A DNA stretch of 64,000 nt from an uncultured Bacteroidota bacterium (GTDB lineage: Bacteria; Bacteroidota; Bacteroidia; Flavobacteriales; Flavobacteriaceae), in NCBI GenBank assembly GCA_913062555.1, contig CAJXVU010000008.1, positions 25,957-89,956 on the forward strand. The letters run 5' to 3'. A program made the translations under genes and the position numbers. This document shows positions 40,171-50,903 of the stretch, piece after piece. The notes under the pieces are model-generated. The model made no database searches, was not told the origin of the DNA, and saw nothing but the letters and a program-made list of their open reading frames with translations. Each line of letters begins with the position of its first letter. The stretch's first letter is position 1.

Positions 40171-42951
40171 ATGAAATACTATCTACTATTTATCGCACTT
40201 TGTTGTGCTTCAATTTCTTTCGCACAAAATAAATCATTTAAAATTTCTGGAACGGTTGTAGTCGAAGCTGAGAAGTTGCCATTAGAATCGGCGACAGTGT
40301 ACTTAGAACGAATTAAAGATAGCTCTTTGGTGTCTTACACAATTTCGGATAAACATGGAAAGTTTTCTTTAGAAGACAAGACAACCGATAAGCGTTTGAA
40401 TTTATACATATCATATGTAGGTTATCAAACCTATGTTCAAACTATTGACTTGGATAAAGATGAAATTGATTTGAGTACAATTAATTTGCAAACAGACACA
40501 AATTCACTGGCAGAAATAGTAATTAAATCCCGAGCCCCAATAACCATTAAAAAAGACACCTTGGAGTTTAATGTGAAATCATTTAAAACAAAAAAGGACG
40601 CCAATGTTGAAGATTTATTAAAAAAATTACCAGGAGTAGAGGTGGATGAAGAAGGGCAAATTACGGTAAATGGAAAAGAAGTTAATAAGATCTTGGTGAA
40701 TGGGAAGCCATTCTTTGGTAATGATCCAACAATTACGACTAGGAATTTAACAAAAGAACTTATTGAAAAAGTTCAAATAACCGATACAAAAACTAAAGCT
40801 CAAGCCTTTGCAGGAGAAGAAGGCGATAAAGAGAACAAGACGATTAACCTTACCATAAAAGAAGAAAACAATAAAGGCGTGTTTGGGCGTTTGGCAGCTG
40901 GGGGAGGTACCGATGACCGCTATGAGTTTGCCGGCATGTTGAATGTTTTTGATAACGACCAACGTATTAGTGTGCTCGCTGGTGGAAACAATATAAATTC
41001 TTCAGGTTTTAGTTTTGGAGAAATTACCAAAATGTTTGGTAGAGGAAACAATATATCTTTCAGTAGTGGTGGGTCTTTTAGTATTGATGGACGTTCATTT
41101 GGAGGCGGACAAGGGATTACAAAATCACAGAATTATGGTGCAAATTATGCCGATAAAATTGGAGAAAAGTTAGATATCTCTGCGGATTATTTTTATGATA
41201 GTAGCCGCTCTAATGATAAAAACTCAACACAGCGAGAAAATATTCTTCCTGATTCTAGATATTTTACCGATTCTAATTCTAGAACTTATGAAGAAGGAGA
41301 TAATCATAGAGTAAATTTAGGATTTGATATTGAAGTGGATTCCACCTTTTTAATTAATATCAATCCATCTTTTGCAGCCACCAATAATAGCACAGATTTT
41401 TCGAGAGATGAAGTTTCTCGTAATGAAGATAATGATATTACAAATCAATCTAATTCGGCGTCATTCGTAGAAACTATAGGAAAGAATTTTAGTAATGATC
41501 TAGATCTAACTAAACGTTTTGGAAATAATGGGGCGTACATTAAATTTAGTATCTCTAATGATTATAATACAACAGAAACTGATGATTATTTGACTTCTGA
41601 AACTAATATTTTTGGGACTGTTCCTGAAGAGATTATTAGGGATCAATTCACGGATGCTGAACGAAAATTTAAGGGGTTTAATACAAGTATAGCGTATAGG
41701 CTTCCATTGAAAGCTAAGGAATTGTTTTTAGATTTTAAGTATAGTTATAGAAATGATAAGCGAGAAAGCATAAGAAGCACCTTTGATTTTGATGATGGGA
41801 CACAAGACTATACAGAATTTAATACAGCTTTAAGTACAGATTTTGAATACACAAATAAGAGCAATAGACCAGCGGTTAAATTAACGTATAGAAAGGACAA
41901 AATATCTACGAGTTTTGAAACAGGTTATGTATTTAGAACTTTGGAAAATGAAGATTTTTTAAGACCTGGGTTGAGTTTAGCTAGGAATTTTGAAGCCTTG
42001 GAATTAAGGTCGAATTTTCGCTATAGATTTAGTCCGAAGACGTCAATTAATTTTGGTTATAATTTAAGTAATAATCCTCCGAATTTGTCACAATTACAAC
42101 CATTTGAAGATGTGTCTAATCCTTTAAATACTGTTACAGGAAATCCTAACCTTGAGCCTTCAAATAATCATAGAGTTAATTTTGGTTATCATAGTTTCGA
42201 CTTTCAAAAAGGGACGGGAATATTTGGTTTTGTATGGGCTAATTTTAGAAACAATCAAGTAGTAGCAAATACTACAATTGATGAAAACTTTGTGCGTAAC
42301 ACCACCTTTGCAAATGTAGATGGAGCATATGATATAAATGCAAGTGCTAGTTATAGTAAAACCATTAAAATTGACACTTTGCGAACGTTTAAATACAGAG
42401 TGGGTCTTCGAACCGGGGTTAATAGAAATATAAACTTTAATAATGGTGAGCAATATGCTTCAAATAATACATCGATTACACCTAATGCAAGGTTGACATT
42501 TACATGGAAGAAAGTGATGGAGTTTATGCCTAACTATAGTTTGTCATTTAACAGAACTAATTTTGATTTGGCTAATTTTAAAGATCAAGAGTTTCTTAGA
42601 CATTCTGTTGGGATACGTACCACGACTTATGTCCCTAAAAAGTTTGAATGGCGAAACGATATAAATTTTAACTATAATCCTAATATTGCTCCTGGTTTTC
42701 AGAAAAGTGCTTGGTCCTGGAATTCTACTTTAGCCTATTCTATTTTGAAAGACCAAGGAACTTTAACGTTAAAGGCCTATGATTTATTAAACCAAAATAC
42801 TAATGCTAGACGGATCGCAACAGCTAACTATATTCAAGATTCTCAAAGTACAGTGTTGCAACGCTATTTTATGTTGAGCTTTAGTTGGAAATTTAATACC
42901 TTAGGGTCCAAAGGTGAATCTAAGGGTGGACGTATGATGATGATGCATTAA
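40171..42951 (+). CDS. Outer-membrane beta-barrel family protein with N-terminal CarboxypepD_reg-like domain (TonB-receptor-like)
   Basis: Signal peptide. FKISGTVV...HGKFSL is a Cna/CarboxypepD_reg-like domain. A plug-like segment reads LLKKLPGVEVDEEGQITVNGKEVNKILVNGKPFF. The C-terminal region is long and rich in beta strands. 926 aa. Confidence 0.75.
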   Translation: MKYYLLFIALCCASISFAQNKSFKISGTVVVEAEKLPLESATVYLERIKDSSLVSYTISDKHGKFSLEDKTTDKRLNLYISYVGYQTYVQTIDLDKDEIDLSTINLQTDTNSLAEIVIKSRAPITIKKDTLEFNVKSFKTKKDANVEDLLKKLPGVEVDEEGQITVNGKEVNKILVNGKPFFGNDPTITTRNLTKELIEKVQITDTKTKAQAFAGEEGDKENKTINLTIKEENNKGVFGRLAAGGGTDDRYEFAGMLNVFDNDQRISVLAGGNNINSSGFSFGEITKMFGRGNNISFSSGGSFSIDGRSFGGGQGITKSQNYGANYADKIGEKLDISADYFYDSSRSNDKNSTQRENILPDSRYFTDSNSRTYEEGDNHRVNLGFDIEVDSTFLININPSFAATNNSTDFSRDEVSRNEDNDITNQSNSASFVETIGKNFSNDLDLTKRFGNNGAYIKFSISNDYNTTETDDYLTSETNIFGTVPEEIIRDQFTDAERKFKGFNTSIAYRLPLKAKELFLDFKYSYRNDKRESIRSTFDFDDGTQDYTEFNTALSTDFEYTNKSNRPAVKLTYRKDKISTSFETGYVFRTLENEDFLRPGLSLARNFEALELRSNFRYRFSPKTSINFGYNLSNNPPNLSQLQPFEDVSNPLNTVTGNPNLEPSNNHRVNFGYHSFDFQKGTGIFGFVWANFRNNQVVANTTIDENFVRNTTFANVDGAYDINASASYSKTIKIDTLRTFKYRVGLRTGVNRNINFNNGEQYASNNTSITPNARLTFTWKKVMEFMPNYSLSFNRTNFDLANFKDQEFLRHSVGIRTTTYVPKKFEWRNDINFNYNPNIAPGFQKSAWSWNSTLAYSILKDQGTLTLKAYDLLNQNTNARRIATANYIQDSQSTVLQRYFMLSFSWKFNTLGSKGESKGGRMMMMH

Positions 42952-43047
42952 TTATTGACTTTATTAAATCAAATTTCTTTTATTGAAACATAATTTTAAA
43001 GTTGATTTTGAAACCTCAAGAGACTCTTGCTGTAATTTACTATTTGA

Positions 43048-43377
43048 TTAAAGCTGGTTTTTAATTTTAACAAGTTGACTTTTAATGTCTTCTAACTTAC
43101 TAACGATTTCAAAATTAGCCAATGTTTTTTTCTTTTCTTCTTTGAGATGAGTTTTGGCACCGTCTAAAGTGAATCCTCGCTCCTTAACTAGGTGATAAAT
43201 AAACTTGAGGTTATTGATATCATCAGGCGTGAATTTTCGGTTGCCTTTTGCGTTCTTTTTAGGTTTTATAATATCAAACTCTTTTTCCCAAAACCGAATT
43301 AAAGAGGTGTTTACGCCAAAGGCACTGGCTACTTCGCCAATTCCGTAATATCGTTTTTCGGGTAATTCAATATGCAT
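43048..43377 (-). CDS. MerR-family transcriptional regulator (small)
   Basis: YGIGEVASAFGVNTSLIRFWEKEF is a MerR HTH. Its start overlaps the stop of the M23 gene. Confidence 0.8.
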   Translation of the reverse strand: MHIELPEKRYYGIGEVASAFGVNTSLIRFWEKEFDIIKPKKNAKGNRKFTPDDINNLKFIYHLVKERGFTLDGAKTHLKEEKKKTLANFEIVSKLEDIKSQLVKIKNQL

Positions 43378-44348
43378 TAGTCTAAAGATTGATTTTCTAA
43401 GGATGCTTTGGCGAGTAATTCACTAAACTCTTTCGCCGATAGGTTGCCGTAATAGAAATTAATAGGATTAATTCGCTTCTTGTCTTTAAATACCTCATAA
43501 TGCAAGTGAGGCGCTTGTGAACGTCCTGTACTCCCAACAAAGCCTATGATATCACCACGCTTAACTTTCTGGTTTTTCCTTACATTATATTTATATAAAT
43601 GGGCATATAAACTTACATAGCCATAACCATGATCTATTCTAATATGACGACCATAGCCTGTAGACCCCGCATCAGCACGCTTGACTACTCCATCACCAGT
43701 TGCGTAAACAGGAGTCCCTCTTTGAGCCGTGAAATCCATCCCGTAATGAAACTTTCTAACTTTAGTAAATGGATCTGTACGGTAACCGTAACCAGAAGCC
43801 ATTCGTGTAAGATCTTCGTTATTTATTGGCTGTATTGCTGGAATTGTAGCAAGAAATTTTTCTTTATTTTCAGCTAAAACTGTTATTTCGTCTAAGGATT
43901 TTGACTGTACTACAATTTGTTTTTGAATAATATCAATACGCAGATTTGTCGCTGCTATTAATTTGGAATTATCAAATCCTTCAAATTGTTTGTACCTATT
44001 TATCCCACCAAAACCTGCACGTCGTTGTTCTTCGGGGATTGGGTTTGCTTCAAAATATAATCTATATATGGAATTATCACGCTCTTCAATATTTGAGAGT
44101 ACAATCTCAGCTTCATCCATTTTTTTATTTAAAAACTCATATTGCAATTCCATGTTTTGTAATTCTCGGACAAGTGCTTTCTCTTTTGGGGATTCAAAAT
44201 ATTGACTAGCAATAAATACAAACAAAAAACCAAAGAGTGCAGCGCCTAATAAAAAAACAAACGCATACTTTGCAGTCGTTCTTTTTTTGCGAACGATCTT
44301 ACGGTAAGAAAGCGTTTCAGAATCGTAATAATATTTTACCTTAGACAT
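43377..44348 (-). CDS. M23-family metallopeptidase, membrane-anchored
   Basis: N-terminal TM segment. HYGMDF and GSTGRSQAPHLHYEV are LytM/M23 motifs. Confidence 0.88.
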   Translation of the reverse strand: MSKVKYYYDSETLSYRKIVRKKRTTAKYAFVFLLGAALFGFLFVFIASQYFESPKEKALVRELQNMELQYEFLNKKMDEAEIVLSNIEERDNSIYRLYFEANPIPEEQRRAGFGGINRYKQFEGFDNSKLIAATNLRIDIIQKQIVVQSKSLDEITVLAENKEKFLATIPAIQPINNEDLTRMASGYGYRTDPFTKVRKFHYGMDFTAQRGTPVYATGDGVVKRADAGSTGYGRHIRIDHGYGYVSLYAHLYKYNVRKNQKVKRGDIIGFVGSTGRSQAPHLHYEVFKDKKRINPINFYYGNLSAKEFSELLAKASLENQSLD

Positions 44349-44361
44349 AAGTTAAAAAGTT

Positions 44362-44369
44362 CTATTTTT
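44362..44369 (+). promoter_or_regulatory. -7 box TATTTTTG upstream of alaS
   Basis: Exact TAnnTTTG match about 109 nt upstream of the alaS ATG. Assigning it to alaS is tentative. Confidence 0.3.
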
Positions 44370-44477
44370 GCGCTTATATTCTACTGAAATAAGGCGGGAT
44401 TAATTGAACAACGAACAAATATAAAAATTGTTTCCCATTAATTATAATTTAATGGTAACAGCTACGCATATAAAAGA

Positions 44478-47090
44478 ATGAAGTCTCAGGATATACGAAC
44501 CAAATTTTTAGAGTTTTTTGAATCAAAAAAACACAGCATTGTGCCTTCTGCGCCAATGGTACTGAAGGATGATCCAACATTAATGTTTGTAAATTCGGGG
44601 ATGGCTCCTTTTAAAGAATATTTTCTTGGGAATGCACAACCAAAAAATAATAGACTTGCAGATAGCCAAAAATGTTTGCGTGTTTCAGGAAAACATAATG
44701 ATTTGGAAGAAGTAGGATATGATACCTACCACCATACATTGTTTGAAATGCTTGGAAATTGGAGTTTTGGTGATTATTTTAAAAAAGAAGCAATTGCCTG
44801 GGCTTGGGAGTTGCTTACAGAGGTTTATAAAATAGATAAAGACATTTTATATATTACCGTTTTTGAAGGTGATGAAAAAGATGGGCTTCCAATGGATCAA
44901 GATGCATATGATTTTTGGAAAGCTATAATTCCAGAGGATCGCATCCTTATGGGAAATAAAAAAGATAATTTTTGGGAAATGGGAGAGCAAGGACCATGTG
45001 GACCTTGTAGTGAAATTCATGTTGATATTCGTTCAGATGAAGAGAAAGCAAAAGTGCCTGGAAAAGATTTAGTAAATGAAGACCATCCTCATGTTGTTGA
45101 GATTTGGAACTTGGTTTTTATGCAATACAATAGAAAAGCAGATAGTTCTCTTGAAAGTTTGCCTAACAAACATATAGATACAGGTATGGGTTTTGAGCGG
45201 CTGTGTATGGTGATGCAGGGTGTGCAATCTAACTATGATACAGATGTATTCACACCTTTAATTCGAGAGATAGAAACCATTACTGAAAAAGAATATGGTA
45301 AAAATGAAAAAGCTGATGTTGCTATTCGAGTGATTTCAGATCATGTGCGTGCCGTAGCATTTTCTATAGCCGATGGGCAGTTACCGAGTAATACGGGCGC
45401 AGGTTATGTTATACGACGTATTTTACGACGTGCCGTGAGATATGGTTTCACGTTTTTAGATAAAAACGAACCTTTTATTTATAGACTGGTAGATGTGCTG
45501 AGTGAAAAAATGGGCGCTCAATTTCCAGAATTGAAGACACAAAAACAACTCATAGAAAATGTAATAAAAGAAGAAGAACAATCGTTTTTAAGAGCTTTGG
45601 ATCAAGGGCTTCTATTACTTGATAAAATAATAGAGACCACTGAAGGAAATGTGATATCGGGAGAAAAAGCATTTGAATTATATGATACTTATGGTTTTCC
45701 TATTGATTTAACTGCTTTAATTTTAGGAGAGAAAGGATTGCACCTTGATGAAGAAGGATTTAAAACAGAATTAGAAAAACAAAAAAACAGATCGCGAGCA
45801 GCAGGTGAAATGACTACAGATGATTGGGTAATTCTCGTTGAAAACTCGGATGAATCGTTTGTGGGATATGATGCCCTTGAAGCGAATATACAAATCACAA
45901 AATATCGAAAGGTTGTCTCTAAAAAAGATGGCGAAATGTTTCAATTGGTTTTTAATAATACGCCTTTCTATGCTGAAGGTGGTGGACAAGTTGGAGACAA
46001 AGGTTATATTGAAGCCACTAATGGTGATGTCGTATATGTCTTAGACACCAAAAAAGAGAATAATGTAATTATTCATTTCACTAAAAATTTACCAAAAAAC
46101 ATTGAAGCCTCGTTTAAAGCAGTTGTTGACAGTAAACAACGCTCTAGAACAGAGTGTAATCATACCGCAACTCATTTGTTACATCAAGCATTAAGAGAAA
46201 TATTGGGAGAACATGTAGAACAAAAAGGATCGGCAGTCCATTCCAAATATTTACGATTCGATTTTTCGCATTTTTCAAAAGTAACAACCGAACAGCTTCG
46301 AGATATAGAAAATTTTGTCAATGCCAGAATAGAAGGGAAGTTACCCCTTCAGGAGCATCGAAACATTCCAATGCAGCAGGCCATAGATGAAGGTGCAATG
46401 GCATTGTTTGGAGAGAAATATGGAGATGAAGTTAGAGCCATTCGTTTTGGACAATCTATTGAGCTTTGTGGTGGAACTCATGTGAAAAACACATCAGATA
46501 TATGGCATTTTAAAATCACCTCTGAAGGTGCGGTAGCTGCAGGAATTCGTAGAATTGAAGCAATCACAAACGATGCTGTTAAGGATTTTTATCTTGAAAA
46601 TAATAATGCGTTTTTTGAAATGAAAGATTTGCTTAATAATAGCAAAGAACCTGTAAAAGCTTTAAAATCTTTACAAGAGGAAAATACAAGTCTTAAAAAA
46701 CAGATTGAAAATTTATTAAAGGATAAAGCTAAAAACATTAAAGGAGAACTTAAAAACGAACTGTCTGAAATTAATGGGGTTCAATTTTTAGCAAAGAAAA
46801 TTGACCTTGATGCCGCTGGTATTAAAGATGTGTCTTTTGAACTTGGAGCGCAATTCAAAAATCTGTTCTTATTATTTGGTGCGGAACAAAATGGGAAAGC
46901 ATTATTGTCCTGTTATATTTCTAAAGAATTAGTTGCTGAAAAAGGTCTCAATGCAGGTCAAGTTGTACGAGAATTAGGGAAGCTAATCCAAGGTGGGGGT
47001 GGCGGACAACCATTTTTTGCTACTGCTGGAGGGAAAAATCCTGATGGTATTGAAGAAGCGCTTACAGCTGCAAAGAATTATTTAAAATAG
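44478..47090 (+). CDS. alaS: Alanine--tRNA ligase
   Basis: 870 aa. Contains [18 protein letters not shown], the editing-domain HxxxH...CGGTH, and a C-terminal DHHA1-like GGGGGQ motif. Confidence 0.95.
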   Translation: MKSQDIRTKFLEFFESKKHSIVPSAPMVLKDDPTLMFVNSGMAPFKEYFLGNAQPKNNRLADSQKCLRVSGKHNDLEEVGYDTYHHTLFEMLGNWSFGDYFKKEAIAWAWELLTEVYKIDKDILYITVFEGDEKDGLPMDQDAYDFWKAIIPEDRILMGNKKDNFWEMGEQGPCGPCSEIHVDIRSDEEKAKVPGKDLVNEDHPHVVEIWNLVFMQYNRKADSSLESLPNKHIDTGMGFERLCMVMQGVQSNYDTDVFTPLIREIETITEKEYGKNEKADVAIRVISDHVRAVAFSIADGQLPSNTGAGYVIRRILRRAVRYGFTFLDKNEPFIYRLVDVLSEKMGAQFPELKTQKQLIENVIKEEEQSFLRALDQGLLLLDKIIETTEGNVISGEKAFELYDTYGFPIDLTALILGEKGLHLDEEGFKTELEKQKNRSRAAGEMTTDDWVILVENSDESFVGYDALEANIQITKYRKVVSKKDGEMFQLVFNNTPFYAEGGGQVGDKGYIEATNGDVVYVLDTKKENNVIIHFTKNLPKNIEASFKAVVDSKQRSRTECNHTATHLLHQALREILGEHVEQKGSAVHSKYLRFDFSHFSKVTTEQLRDIENFVNARIEGKLPLQEHRNIPMQQAIDEGAMALFGEKYGDEVRAIRFGQSIELCGGTHVKNTSDIWHFKITSEGAVAAGIRRIEAITNDAVKDFYLENNNAFFEMKDLLNNSKEPVKALKSLQEENTSLKKQIENLLKDKAKNIKGELKNELSEINGVQFLAKKIDLDAAGIKDVSFELGAQFKNLFLLFGAEQNGKALLSCYISKELVAEKGLNAGQVVRELGKLIQGGGGGQPFFATAGGKNPDGIEEALTAAKNYLK

Positions 47091-47092
47091 TA

Positions 47093-48043
47093 GTGAAGTT
47101 TCAAACCAAAATACCATTAGAAAAACAGATTCATAATCAGATTGATTATAATTCTAAACTATTTTTATTGGGATCCTGTTTTGCCGAAAACATTGGTGAA
47201 AAACTAGAATATTTTAAATTTCAAAGCAGGGTTAATCCTTTCGGTATTTTATTTCATCCCAAAGCAATTGAAACATGCGTAACAAATGCGATAAACAAAA
47301 AAACGTTTTATAAAGAAGATGTTTTTATGCGCAATGAACAATGGCATTGTTTTGAAGCACATTCTAAATTGAGTCATCCTGATAAAGAAATTTTAATAAA
47401 AGAGTTAAACTATAATGTCGAGCAAACCAGACAACAATTAAAGTCTGCAACTCACATTATAATAACACTAGGCACCTCTTGGGTGTATCGTTTTATTGAG
47501 GGCGATAAAATAGTGGCCAACTGCCATAAGGTGCCTCAGAAAGGGTTTTTAAAAGAACTGCTTACGGTCGATGAGGTTGTGAGTAATTTGGAGGCTATTA
47601 TTGCTTTGGTTAAGTTAGAGAACCCTCAGGTGTCGATTATATTTACGGTATCACCAATACGTCATATAAGAGATGGATTTGTAGAAAACAACTTGAGTAA
47701 ATCTCATCTTATTTCTGGAGTCCATCAAGTTGTTGATCCAAGACAAAATGTATCTTATTTTCCATCCTATGAAATTGTGATGGATGAGCTTCGCGATTAT
47801 CGATTTTATACTGAAGATATGCTTCATCCTAATCAAATAGCAATCAATTATATTTGGGAATGTTTTAAAACGGTTTGGATGTCTCAGGATGCAGTTGCTA
47901 CTATGGAAAAAGTAGAGGAAATTCAAAAAGGCTTAAATCATAAGGCTTTTAACCCCAGTTCAGAACAGCATAAAAAGTTTATGGCCAGCTTGAGACAAAA
48001 ACAAGAAGAACTCAATCAAAGGTTTTCTCATATTGTATTTTAG
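47093..48043 (+). CDS. GSCFA-domain protein (GTG start)
   Basis: Contains the eponymous LLGSCFAENIG motif. 316 aa. The last ~97 codons lie in or after the 201-bp repeat. Confidence 0.8.
   Translation: MKFQTKIPLEKQIHNQIDYNSKLFLLGSCFAENIGEKLEYFKFQSRVNPFGILFHPKAIETCVTNAINKKTFYKEDVFMRNEQWHCFEAHSKLSHPDKEILIKELNYNVEQTRQQLKSATHIIITLGTSWVYRFIEGDKIVANCHKVPQKGFLKELLTVDEVVSNLEAIIALVKLENPQVSIIFTVSPIRHIRDGFVENNLSKSHLISGVHQVVDPRQNVSYFPSYEIVMDELRDYRFYTEDMLHPNQIAINYIWECFKTVWMSQDAVATMEKVEEIQKGLNHKAFNPSSEQHKKFMASLRQKQEELNQRFSHIVF
47752..47952 (+). repeat. Left copy of a 201-bp direct repeat (inside the intact GSCFA gene)
   Basis: Hand alignment to 55522-55722 shows 5 mismatches in 201 bp. Confidence 0.9.
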
Positions 48044-49238
48044 AATCTACAATAGGGTGTAAATTATTTAGAGTTTTTAGATAGACTTGTGGTGGGTGTC
48101 CTGTGATTTTTTTAAAAGCAATAAAGAAGGGATTGTATGATGCAAACCCTGTCTTATAAGCGAGTGATTCAAGAGTGTTTAATTTTAAATAGTCGCTTTG
48201 AATTAATTTTATGGCATCTTGAACCCTGATATTCATTCTATATTCTGAAAATGGCATTTTTGAGTGATATTTAAATAAATAAACAATATGGCTTGTGGGT
48301 ACTCCCATTTTATGAGCCAACTCCACGTGAGAACATTTTGAATCACGAAATATGGTTTCAATAAGGCATAATCTTTCCACCTCTCTAATATAGCTACGTA
48401 TATCAGATTTTATTTTTTCTTGTAATCGTGTATCCTTATCATTTTTTTTAATTGTTTGATTTAAAGTCCAATGTTTATTGATCTTTGTAGTGGTGGGGTC
48501 TTTTTTATTGCTAGTCTGGCTAAATTGAAGTAACTTTTTGTTAAGTATAGGAAGTCCATACAGTATTTCCGGAGAAATTAAAATCTTGAAATAAATGAAT
48601 AACCAAAAAGCCAAAGACAATAACGCCATTGATTTTCCAGATATATTAATACCAGTGGTGAATTCTGAATAAACAGCAACTAGTAAACTAATACCCCCTA
48701 GAGTGTTGAGTGTAAATAAATAGATAGTCCAACTTTTAATTAAATTAAAATGTGTGTCATGAATTGGAATATCTGTTCTTTGCCATATCGTTTTCCTTAA
48801 TAAATTGAAGGTAATAACTAAATAAAAACTAATAAATGCACCTAATAGTAGAAAGTTAGTTGCAAATCCATAATAAAACAAGACACCGTCCTTTAAAGAA
48901 GGAATACTGTTTATAAGATAAAGAAAAACTATAAATATTAAGTGTTTGAAATTTTTGAGACTAAAGGGTGCCTTCGGAAACACTAGACTTTTGTGGTATA
49001 GATAAAAACAGGGAACTATAATTAAGTATAATATAGAACTTAAGCCTTTATCCGGATTTAATAATGACTGTATGGCTAATTCATAACTTCCATGAATAAG
49101 AAAACGAATAGAGGTGATAACGACGATCAACATTAAAAACATATTGATAAATCGATTGGATCTATATGAAGTTATCATGATAGCAATCGTAATTATACCA
49201 AGAATTCCGGTAAATAGAAATAGGATTGGTTCTAACAT
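48012..49238 (-). CDS. Membrane-anchored AraC-family transcriptional regulator
   Basis: About 7 N-terminal TM segments and a C-terminal AraC HTH (LAYKTGFASYNPFFIAFKKITGHPPQVY). Its 3' end overlaps the convergent GSCFA gene by 32 bp. Confidence 0.75.
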   Translation of the reverse strand: MLEPILFLFTGILGIITIAIMITSYRSNRFINMFLMLIVVITSIRFLIHGSYELAIQSLLNPDKGLSSILYLIIVPCFYLYHKSLVFPKAPFSLKNFKHLIFIVFLYLINSIPSLKDGVLFYYGFATNFLLLGAFISFYLVITFNLLRKTIWQRTDIPIHDTHFNLIKSWTIYLFTLNTLGGISLLVAVYSEFTTGINISGKSMALLSLAFWLFIYFKILISPEILYGLPILNKKLLQFSQTSNKKDPTTTKINKHWTLNQTIKKNDKDTRLQEKIKSDIRSYIREVERLCLIETIFRDSKCSHVELAHKMGVPTSHIVYLFKYHSKMPFSEYRMNIRVQDAIKLIQSDYLKLNTLESLAYKTGFASYNPFFIAFKKITGHPPQVYLKTLNNLHPIVDSKIQYEKTFD

Positions 49239-49625
49239 TCAGAATGGGGGGTTTATTTCTGCAATAATAATAATTTTTTGTGGGTTTTGTCTCATGTAAT
49301 TTGTGCGTCAATCAAAAAATATTTAATTGTTTTTACCATTTTTTGTTTCTCATCTCATAAATTACCATGTTGAATTTCTTTAATAGCTAATTGTAAGTAG
49401 GACTTTTCTGTGATTTTATGGGGTAACTCTCTTATTGAAGTCCTGAAATTGTTATTGAATCGCCTAAATATCGGATGAAACGCATGATTTTAACGATAAT
49501 ACGCATATTTATAAGTAGGTTTGTGAAAACTAATAGGAGTCTGTTTTTTGAACTTTAATTTTAAGATCAATGATCAGAATTACTAAAAGTAAATCTAAAA
49601 TTACCCAAATTATCATTCTTATATT

Positions 49626-50138
49626 ATGAAATTATTTTTATCACTATGTATGTGTTGTATTTTTTTGCAACACCTGAAAGCACAAACAGATTCCAATCCA
49701 AATGTAGTAAGAACTACTACTGGTGTTTCTGGAGCTTCAATAAAGTTAGATCATAAAGGCAAGACTTATATTGTGCAACAAAGTATAGGACAATCAAGTG
49801 TCATTGGAGTCGGTAGCGATGGGGATTATATATTACGTCAGGGATTTATTCAGCCTAATATCATATCAAAAATTAAAGATAAGGATGTACCGTTAAGCTT
49901 GCAGCTCGATATATATCCTAACCCTTTCGAGAAACAGATTTCTTTGTCATTTAGAGAAGATGTTAAAGATCATATTAACGTAACTGTTTATGACTTACTT
50001 GGGCGTCAGGTGTTTTCGAAACGTTACACTCCTGGTCAACTTATAAATGTAGTACTAGATGAGCTGTCTTCCGGTGAATACATATTAAAAGCGGGGACGA
50101 ACAATAAGCAGTTTATTACCAAAATTCTTAAAAAATAG
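49626..50138 (+). CDS. Very small T9SS cargo (about 70-aa passenger plus type A C-terminal sorting domain)
   Basis: Signal peptide MKLFLSLCMCCIFLQHLKAQ. The CTD reads LDIYPNPFEKQISLSF...YDLLGRQV...GEYILKAG. Confidence 0.7.
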   Translation: MKLFLSLCMCCIFLQHLKAQTDSNPNVVRTTTGVSGASIKLDHKGKTYIVQQSIGQSSVIGVGSDGDYILRQGFIQPNIISKIKDKDVPLSLQLDIYPNPFEKQISLSFREDVKDHINVTVYDLLGRQVFSKRYTPGQLINVVLDELSSGEYILKAGTNNKQFITKILKK

Positions 50139-50189
50139 AACGGTCAATCTTAATGATTGATATCATCCAATAATCCAATCCAAATTAAA

Positions 50190-50822
50190 ATGAATTATAA
50201 AGTTTTCACCCAATTATTAGTGTTACTAACACTATCTACTACAGCAACAGCGCAACAATTATATTTAGAAACAGGAAAAACGTCCTCAACATTCGATTAT
50301 AGTAACTCTCAAGGCACTAGCCTTGATAATTTGCAATCCACTGCGCATAGTTTTTTGGCTGCTGGTTACAGAGGTCAAGTATTTGCAAAGGATCTTTTTG
50401 GGTCATTGGGAGTAAGTTATGCAGGTTATGGGGCCATTGGGAGTGATGATGCTACAGGGGTTTTTATGGAATGGAATATGGATTATTTAGAGTTTAATGC
50501 AGGGCTGGAGTATGAGCTGTTAACATTTGATAAAATTAAATTTTTTATCAAAGGGACTGCTTCTGCAGGCTTTATGTTAGAAGGAACTCAAACACTTAAC
50601 AATAAAGTTATAGACTTAAAAAACAATGAAGATTTTGACAAAACACGATTTGACTTTAGAGGAGGTGTAGGCCTTTCTTATTCTGTTTCAGATAAACTTG
50701 CTATTTATATGCAATACATGTATGGAAAGAGTTTGGAGTTAAAAGATGAAGGAGATAATGAATCTTTAAAAATCGAAAGTAGAAATATAAGCTTTGGCTT
50801 ACTGATTTCGCTTCCTGAATAG
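50190..50822 (+). CDS. Small outer-membrane beta-barrel (porin-family-like) protein
   Basis: Signal peptide MNYKVFTQLLVLLTLSTTATAQ, alternating beta-strand pattern and an aromatic-rich C-terminus. The ATG at 50190 is preferred over the TTG at 50157 in the ORF track. Confidence 0.6.
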   Translation: MNYKVFTQLLVLLTLSTTATAQQLYLETGKTSSTFDYSNSQGTSLDNLQSTAHSFLAAGYRGQVFAKDLFGSLGVSYAGYGAIGSDDATGVFMEWNMDYLEFNAGLEYELLTFDKIKFFIKGTASAGFMLEGTQTLNNKVIDLKNNEDFDKTRFDFRGGVGLSYSVSDKLAIYMQYMYGKSLELKDEGDNESLKIESRNISFGLLISLPE

Positions 50823-50903
50823 TCAAAAAAAACAAAATATAGCAATTTCAATTAACGAATTAGAAATCAGTCTTAACAAACAATTACTTAAACCCTTTAT
50901 CTT